Assembly (NCBI RefSeq): GCF_037042905.1
Contig: NC_087245.1
Span: 7,814,001 to 7,878,000, forward strand
Direction of reading: 5' to 3'
Source: Lytechinus pictus
Lineage: Eukaryota
Length of the DNA: 64,000 bases
Shown: positions 39,901-64,000 of the stretch, piece after piece
How positions within the stretch are numbered: position 1 is the stretch's first letter
How the letters are laid out: each line of letters starts with the position of its first letter
Made by a program: the position numbers and the translations under genes
Notes under the pieces: generated by a model
What the model was told of the DNA's origin: nothing
What the model saw: only the letters and a program-made list of their open reading frames with translations
The model's database searches: none

Positions 39901-40470
39901 ATGTAACTTCTGCAAGAGAAGAAAACAAAAGTTTGAAAATAATCATTTTCAAATCATAAATCAGCATTATAACAGTTTATCCCAACACATTCACACTTTA
40001 AAAAAAATTTATATGGTTTGTATAAAGGTGATGGAATAGGATAGTTTTTATTGGTACATAATTGTCCATAGGCCATTGTCCAGGAAGGGGCCTGTTAGGA
40101 AGGGGGATCTATCATTCTACATGTTGAGGGATACTGGCTGGTGTATATTTCACATATTTGCATATTTGGACCACAATTTGAAACCACATCTTTGTGATAA
40201 GTGGTTATATCTCTGTTCCTGGTAGCAAATGTCTTGTCAAAATCCTCTGTCACTGACACTTATAATTCATTTTATTCTCAGGTCAGTGATGCCTCTACTC
40301 CCATGGCTACAATATCTGACAACAAGTACAGTGAACACAATGCAATACGAGACAAGTTCTTTATTCAAAACAATACCAAGAGACTGAAGAGTGATGACAG
40401 TGTTAGCCCAGAGAGGGCAGCAGACACAGTATCAAAAGAAAAGGTTGAGTGTGGATCATCACCAAGATGA
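18878..40470 (+). CDS. TRMT11: tRNA (guanine(10)-N2)-methyltransferase TRMT11, complete gene with 11 coding exons
   Basis: Exons 18878-18940, 30804-30872, 31260-31508, 31906-32043, 32702-32858, 33620-33739, 34319-34450, 35263-35332, 37141-37272, 38747-38861, 40282-40470, all in phase. Motifs: FAQEHIDFRISEIKSL, YSVKTRHFIGNTSMD, FDPFVGTGSLL (SAM motif I), FDAIITDPPYGIRE (motif IV), GRLVYWLP, HPCLEIISNDEQ..SRRLITMEK. An alternative in-frame ATG is at 18860. Confidence 0.95.
19101..19985. mobile_element. 885-bp non-autonomous DNA transposon with 8-bp TSD (P- or hAT-like)
   Basis: TSD ATAGTAGC (19093-19100 and 19986-19993); ends CACTC(C)TAG..GCGACA / TGTCGCCTAGAGTG; left TIR interrupted by a small palindrome; truncated second copy at 26638-27157. 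Confidence 0.75.
20725..21199. mobile_element. TA-flanked MITE (Tc1/mariner-like)
   Basis: Imperfect TIR tagtgagtgcttgtattaccga / tcggtaatacgatccactacca; internal gtattaccga repeats; related fragment near 30460. Confidence 0.6.
21750..22375. mobile_element. Cluster of degenerate poly-G/C hAT-like MITEs
   Basis: caggggtggatctagg head similar to the 41313 element; second element cagtggaggatcc...ggacccgcctctactg. Confidence 0.55.
22908..24803 (+). mobile_element. Full-length Tc1-family DNA transposon (~1.9 kb) in TRMT11 intron 1
   Basis: TA duplication (22906-22907 and 24804-24805). Perfect outer TIR CACTACTCAAAAAAAGTTAAGGACCACTTTTTAA extends as an imperfect ~195-bp inverted repeat (22908-23101 vs 24609-24803). 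Contains an intact transposase ORF. Confidence 0.95.
23517..24545 (+). CDS. Tc1-like transposase, DD34E, 342 aa, intronless and uninterrupted
   Basis: HTH plus RSGRP, VLFTDESRF, VMVWGGI, FMDDNARAH, WPARSPDLNPIEHVW; 34 residues between the second D and the E, counted by hand. Confidence 0.95.
   Translation: MPRHHLSETDVARALGMLEAGLSQRRVARMMGVSHSVISRANQRHRETGLYSERPRSGRPVSTTPRDDRYLTNLSLRNRFHSARRLNNDFAAATGVIVSTQTIRNRLHRANMHARRPAQCVPLTPAHRRIRLNWAREHVRWTRQQWRRVLFTDESRFSLDHNDGRSRVWRRPGERFADPCIAEHDRYGGGSVMVWGGITYANRTRLYVVPGGAMTGVRYRDEVLEPIVVPFAENVGQNIIFMDDNARAHRARVVTEFLEGQGIERMEWPARSPDLNPIEHVWDMMGRSLEQLEAHPLGLQQLGVALEAAWDALDVRDINRLISSMRQRCEAVIAAGGGHTRY
25400..27340. mobile_element. piggyBac-like composite non-autonomous element (~1.9 kb)
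   Basis: CCC...GGG ends flanked by ATAA/TTAA; ~200-bp TIR whose left arm is split (25400-25528 plus 26441-26510) relative to the right arm (27162-27340). Confidence 0.7.
27461..27621. mobile_element. PIF/Harbinger (Tourist-like) palindromic MITE
   Basis: TIR taccttggtcacatttgctctacgg; TTA TSD on both sides; inserted in a fragment of the 46052 family. Confidence 0.8.
28879..30408. mobile_element. piggyBac-like MITE (outer)
   Basis: ccctaaatctcccgggg ... cccgggagaattaggg followed by TTAA; the left TTAA is mutated. Confidence 0.7.
28955..29724. mobile_element. piggyBac-like MITE (inner), nested in a homologous element
   Basis: TTAA TSD (28951-28954 and 29725-29728); TIR ccctatctaggc / gcctagatagga. 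Confidence 0.8.
30804..30872 (+). CDS. TRMT11: TRMT11 exon 2 (EIKSLVNHLGIQADLTSRKYEDK)
   Basis: gcag/gtatgc boundaries; EIKSL continues the exon 1 motif. Confidence 0.88.
31260..31508 (+). CDS. TRMT11: TRMT11 exon 3 (SPFLEIGLPS...KVHTFGKQLTNTDKLDVMK)
   Basis: ttttag/gtaggt boundaries. Confidence 0.9.
31906..32043 (+). CDS. TRMT11: TRMT11 exon 4 (RLEGHLPLKGPVKL...EDYG...FVGRW)
   Basis: ccag/gtaagg boundaries. Confidence 0.9.
32702..32858 (+). CDS. TRMT11: TRMT11 exon 5 (ISDGQKR...FIGNTSMD...DPFVGT)
   Basis: SAM-binding motif; tttag/gtaagg boundaries. Confidence 0.92.
33051..33400. repeat. Tandem duplication with 180-bp period in TRMT11 intron 5
   Basis: taattatttt..ttggctaaaaactgtgatc starts at 33051 and 33231. 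Confidence 0.9.
33620..33739 (+). CDS. TRMT11: TRMT11 exon 6 (GSLLVAAAHFGGYVAGCDISYNIIHGRGKSSRAQSKTKYR)
   Basis: gcag/gtgaga boundaries. Confidence 0.92.
34319..34450 (+). CDS. TRMT11: TRMT11 exon 7 (GRDENISANLEQYGL...FDAIITD)
   Basis: tcag/gtaagc boundaries. Confidence 0.92.
35263..35332 (+). CDS. TRMT11: TRMT11 exon 8 (PPYGIREKTRKVGG...)
   Basis: DPPY motif split across the intron; tcag/gtaagt boundaries. Confidence 0.9.
35748..36941. mobile_element. pogo/Tc2-like non-autonomous element in TRMT11 intron 8
   Basis: TA|CCGTAAGTA ... TACTTACGG|TA; ataaaccgcaccc near both ends; CpG-rich interior. Confidence 0.6.
37141..37272 (+). CDS. TRMT11: TRMT11 exon 9 (CSYHVPATQSYFLSDIFTDLLNFSAHYLRLHGRLVYWLPIYRPE)
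   Basis: tacag/gtaagt boundaries. Confidence 0.92.
37448..37753 (-). mobile_element. 5'-truncated Penelope-like retroelement (GIY-YIG C-terminus plus hammerhead) in TRMT11 intron 9
   Basis: 13-bp TSD TTGATTCAGGATA (37435-37447 and 37754-37766). Minus-strand translation KVQVLDREPRYFERGVKEAIYIRVFRPSLNRDGG/RYKLPNVYD, with a +1 frameshift in the G-run, is typical of PLE endonuclease C-termini. Confidence 0.85.
37535..37585 (-). ncRNA. Minimal hammerhead ribozyme motif (PLE type)
   Basis: RNA reads gucacaucg CUGACGA a GGUUGC aguua GCAGCC GAA AAUU U agagguaac: canonical core, stem II and palindromic stem III, with an imperfect stem I. Confidence 0.7.
38747..38861 (+). CDS. TRMT11: TRMT11 exon 10 (YSEDQIPHHPCLEII...RRLITMEKMHH)
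   Basis: tttcag/gtaagt boundaries. Confidence 0.92.
40282..40470 (+). CDS. TRMT11: TRMT11 last coding exon (VSDAST...HNAIRDKFF...SSPR*)
   Basis: HNxxRxKxF C-terminal motif; TGA stop. Confidence 0.85.
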   Translation, partial: VSDASTPMATISDNKYSEHNAIRDKFFIQNNTKRLKSDDSVSPERAADTVSKEKVECGSSPR

Positions 40471-41312
40471 CACCATGATACATGAAGAACAAGATATTAG
40501 CCTGCATAGGTGAGATAATGGACAATGAAGACCCAGACTGGTATAATGAAGGCTTATCGCCTCTTTCTTTATCCAACTGAAATTCCTGGATCAATCAAGG
40601 AGAAATGTTGGAAGTCAACAGACTTTGGATGCTGCCCACCATGAATGGTCTACAAAGGCATTGATATTATGCATTGTGCATAACACATTGGAACAGCATC
40701 TCTAATTGCCTTACAGATATGTTGTCATCCTGGCCATTGGATTCTTGCTTGCTTGCATACAGTGTATACTAATGCGTATATGGGGACTACCCAAACAATT
40801 AGTAGTCAAAATACATGACACAACAGCATGCCATACTACATGGAAGCAAGTATGTTGTTTTTAGCTTGAACCTGAAGCAGGCCAAGGTAAAGTCATTTTA
40901 GGTCCTTGTTACACTACTGATACAGCCAATTGTCAGTGGCAAATCATGCATATGGAGTTTAACAACCAGTCATTGGTATAAAGTGATCTCTGGAATCATA
41001 ATCTCTAATATGTTCAAGCAACTTTTAGTGAGCATTTTCTGTTGAATTGTGATACAGCAGTTTTCAGCAGCTTCTTTTTGCCATTGAATTGTGATACAAA
41101 ACAATACTTAATTATAACCCTTGGTTGGACCAAGGGTTATAATTGGTTTTCCAAGCCAAATATTCCCAAACTTTGTTGGTTATGTTTCTTATGTTTACTA
41201 TGTTCTTTCCCTATTCCCATACAGTTATGAAGACGTGATATTCAATGTGACCTTTTACTGTTTGTGTCACAAGTGGCTATCCATAGACCAGATTTTAGAT
41301 GAAACCCTAGGT

Positions 41313-41526
41313 CAGGGGCAGATCCAGGATTTTCCAAAAGGGGTGGCACATTTTCCCTAGGAAAAATTTGACAAAGAAAAAGAAAAAAAAGGTCTTCACT
41401 ATCAAGGGGGGGGGGGGGGCACACTGTTTTAACAGCCTTTTTGCATTACATATTTTAATTGTGCCTCTCAAAGGGGGGGGGGGGCATTGGCCGGCTGTGC
41501 CCCCCCCCCCCCTGGATCCGCCAGTG
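41313..41526. mobile_element. hAT-like MITE downstream of the TRMT11 stop
   Basis: 8-bp TSD CCCTAGGT on both sides; TIR caggggcagatccagg / cctggatccgccagtg. Confidence 0.85.
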
Positions 41527-42450
41527 CCCTAGGTCACAATATGGGTCAATATATACAAACCACGGTTCGCATGTATGGTACATGTACTTATGATTGTTGA
41601 GTGCAATCTTAATGCGACAGTAATGGACACAAAGAATCATATCCCTGGTGTTTTGAGAGTAGGCCATTCATTCAGGCAGTAATGATGAATACGCATGGGT
41701 CCATTTTAGAAATTTAATTACAGAATTGAAATGTCTGCATTTCTTCTAAAATGATAAAACTTGTAATATTGTAATAATATTTCCACTGAAGGGGCCCCTG
41801 CCCAAACATGTCCCTTTTCTTACATTATGGACAGAGGTCATGTTTATACGAGAGATGCCCAAGAAGTGTAATGCAAAGAATTTAGTAGGACATGTGAAAA
41901 TTGAGGTAATTAAAAAAATACTGAACTATTTTTTGTCATCACATGGTCTTCATAATTCATTGACAAGGTGCTTAATTACTGTTTAATATTTTCAGCCAAT
42001 TTTGAATAGTTTGAAAATGAAATAAGTATGGATTATAACAATAGCTGTAGTAATTGATTGTCATCATGGATCTCTATTTTAGATAGCATTGTTGAAGAAT
42101 GTGGATCACCTCTAATTAGAGAAATAAAACATTAATAAATAGATAATCAGTATGAATGGAAGTAAAAACTCTCACTCTTTTATAAAAAAAAGATAATGTC
42201 TATAGCCACTTATTTTAGTTTAATTTTTTTTTAAATTGAATTCAATAGTACCCAGTGTAGTACACCTTTATTCTAGATAGTATATGGTGTATCTAATGAG
42301 ACTAATTCTGATGCAATTGCTTAGCAACACAGGCTGTTTTTAAATATCATGTAATTGTAATTTGAACAAATATAGAGTATGATTGTTGTGTAAAGAACAA
42401 GCTTTTCAGTAATTTTATTCTTGATATTGAGATGTAAAACTAACGAATTT

Positions 42451-43331
42451 TTGTACGCACGTCTCGACGGGACGTATTATGGTATCACGCTTGGTGTCCG
42501 TCCGTTAATTTTTCCTTGTAAACGCGATAACTTCAGTTTTACTTAACCTAGGCTCATATAATTTGGTGTGTATGATACTAGCATAAATCCCAGGAAGCTT
42601 ATTGATTTTGAGGTCAACAAATCAAAGGTCAAGGTCACAATGACATGTGTTCATCTTACCCTTCTGCAGTCCTTGTAAACGCGATAACTTCAGTTTAACT
42701 TAATCTAGGCTCATATAATTTGGTGTGTATGATACTAGCATAGATCCCAGGAAGCCTATTGATTTCGAGGTCAAAAGGTCAAAGGCCAAGGTCACAGTGA
42801 CATGTTATCACCTTACCCTTCTGCAGTCCTTGTAAACGCAATAACTTCAGTTTAACCTAACCTAAGCTCATATAATTTGGTGTGTATGATACTAGCATGG
42901 ATCCCAGGAAGCCTATTGATTTGAGGTCAAAAGGTCAGAGTTCAAGGTCACACTGGCATGTGTTCATCTTACCCTTCGATCTGCAGTCCTTGTAAACGCG
43001 ATAACTTCAGTTTAACTTAATCTAGGCTCATATAATTTTGTTTGTATTATACTAGCATAGATCCAAGGAAGCCTTTTGATTTTCAGGTCAGAGGTCAAGG
43101 TCACAGTGACATGTTATCACCTTACCCTTCTGCAGTACTTGTAAACGCGATAACTTCAGTTTAACTAATCTAGGCTCATATAATTTGGTGTGTATGATAC
43201 TTAACTTTCATAGATATCAGCAATTCTATAGATTTTGAGGTCAGAAGGTCAAAGGTGAAGTCGCCACCTTCCACTTTTGTTGCTTGACCAATAACTCCAT
43301 TTTCCGCTTTACTGGCGGGCGTATTATGTGC
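42451..43331 (+). mobile_element. Helentron/DINE-1-like element, family B, with 5 x ~157-bp tandem units
   Basis: Units start near 42514, 42671, 42828, 42988 and 43138; subterminal IR tacgcacgtc/ggcgggcgta; (gtcc)n near the 5' end; 3' hairpin ending cttg in a T-rich site. Confidence 0.7.
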
Positions 43332-44648
43332 TTGCCTTAGCGACACTCTTGTTGAAGAATGAAAGTATTGCTGTGATCAAGATTAATTGACGTTTAAGGA
43401 CTGGATTGAGAGAGAGAGAGAGAGGGGGAATGGGGGAGGGAAGAAGATTGAGACAGAATGGGAGAGAGGAAGAGAGCAGGAGAACAAGAAGAATAGAGAG
43501 AGAGGGAGGGCCAGAGGGGGTTGAGGGAGAGGGGAAGAGAGAAAGGATGAATCTTCATCTGTTTCAATCATGCAATATGTTGTATACAAAAACACAAAAG
43601 CATTGTGGTTTTTACCACAGGGGGGGGGGGGGTTGCTGTCATTACCATTTTCCTACATGTACTTTGAAATTGGATGTTAAAAAATTTATCATCCTTCGAT
43701 CTCAGTGTACCCTAAACAAGTGCTTTGTTATTTTTTCCCATCTTTGATTATGCCTCTAATTTTTAATTTCTTGATATGGGGTAAATTGAAAAGTATACCC
43801 TTTATTTGGACTTTGGGCAAATTTGATACAATTTTCATTGTATATATGTTCATTGTCTAGCAAAGAAAAACACCCAAGCCTAATTTTTACTTTTTTTGTA
43901 CGAGTATGTTCACCATGTATTGGCAGTGGACCCCCTCTGCCCAATTTTTTTTTTCATAATGTAGGCCTATTTGAAGTGGTGGGATTGATACAAAAGAGGG
44001 GGAGGGGCAATAAATGGAAGTATTGAAAACAACATCAAGGAATAAAATTTGTAGAACCTGAGGTACAAGTACAACTATATGAGTACTCAACAAAGTAGAC
44101 TGTAGGCCTACTCAATAGGAGAACCAATATCCATGCATGTGGACAATAAAAGGAAATAGAATTGAATTGAGTGAAAAGGAAGATTGGGAATTGTCCCAAT
44201 ATGAATCCAGAAGGAAATGAATGAATTGAGGAACAGTAAAGATAAACAATATATTGTGAACAAAAAATATAGTAAGAAAAGTTATTGATTTTAAGGTTTG
44301 AACAAAATCAGAAACGGGGGGGAGGGGGATAAATGAAACAAAGTCATCTCTCATCAGCATGGAGAAACTCCTCCACTGCCATTCTTTGCATGCGATTGAA
44401 TGTGTACGTGCATAAACGACCATGCGCAATGCTCCTCTCAATAGTCGTATTCTGCGCATATGTTTATCGTATCGGCCTTCACCTTCAGCTGGTATCTGTT
44501 ACTGGTAGGAAAGCCATTTCAGTCAAAATACAGCCGAATTATACTAATACTATATACAGTAAACCAACCGTTTTAGATCGTGTATAAGCTGTTGCTTGTA
44601 CCTCAAGACCTTTATTCTTTCCAGCAAGTAAGTGTAATCGAAGAGAAC

Positions 44649-63999
<19,351 letters not shown>

Positions 64000-64000
64000 A

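Noticed and set aside
40468..40490. Stop readthrough or selenocysteine at the TRMT11 TGA
   Set aside because: Another in-frame TGA follows four codons later, no SECIS was recognised, and the protein is already complete.
42514..43260. Regular repeats as a CRISPR-like array (also the family A arrays and the 17-bp repeat)
   Set aside because: Whole units repeat with no unique spacers, there are no cas genes, and the context is eukaryotic.

Overview
Animal genomic DNA, AT-rich with GT-AG introns. The repeat landscape resembles an echinoderm such as a sea urchin, which is an inference. Three intron-rich genes lie in tandem on the + strand: the 3' part of a diacylglycerol kinase theta (9 exons, 1450-9566) followed by about 7.8 kb with no recognisable transposon (probable long 3' UTR); a complete TRMT11 tRNA m2G10 methyltransferase (11 exons, 18878-40470); and the 5' part of ATP-dependent 6-phosphofructokinase (9 exons, 44649 to >63903) with an unusual ~70-aa N-terminal extension. 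The introns hold many, often nested, mobile elements: an intact DD34E Tc1 transposon, seven Helentron/DINE-1-like elements carrying tandem arrays rich in nuclear-receptor motifs, piggyBac-, Kolobok-, hAT/P-, Harbinger- and pogo-like MITEs, tRNA-derived SINEs, and two 5'-truncated Penelope-like retroelements. Each Penelope-like element carries a minimal hammerhead ribozyme; one has a compensatory U3-A8 core and lies sense within the PFK pre-mRNA. All exon boundaries and repeat ends were read by eye and no database searches were run.
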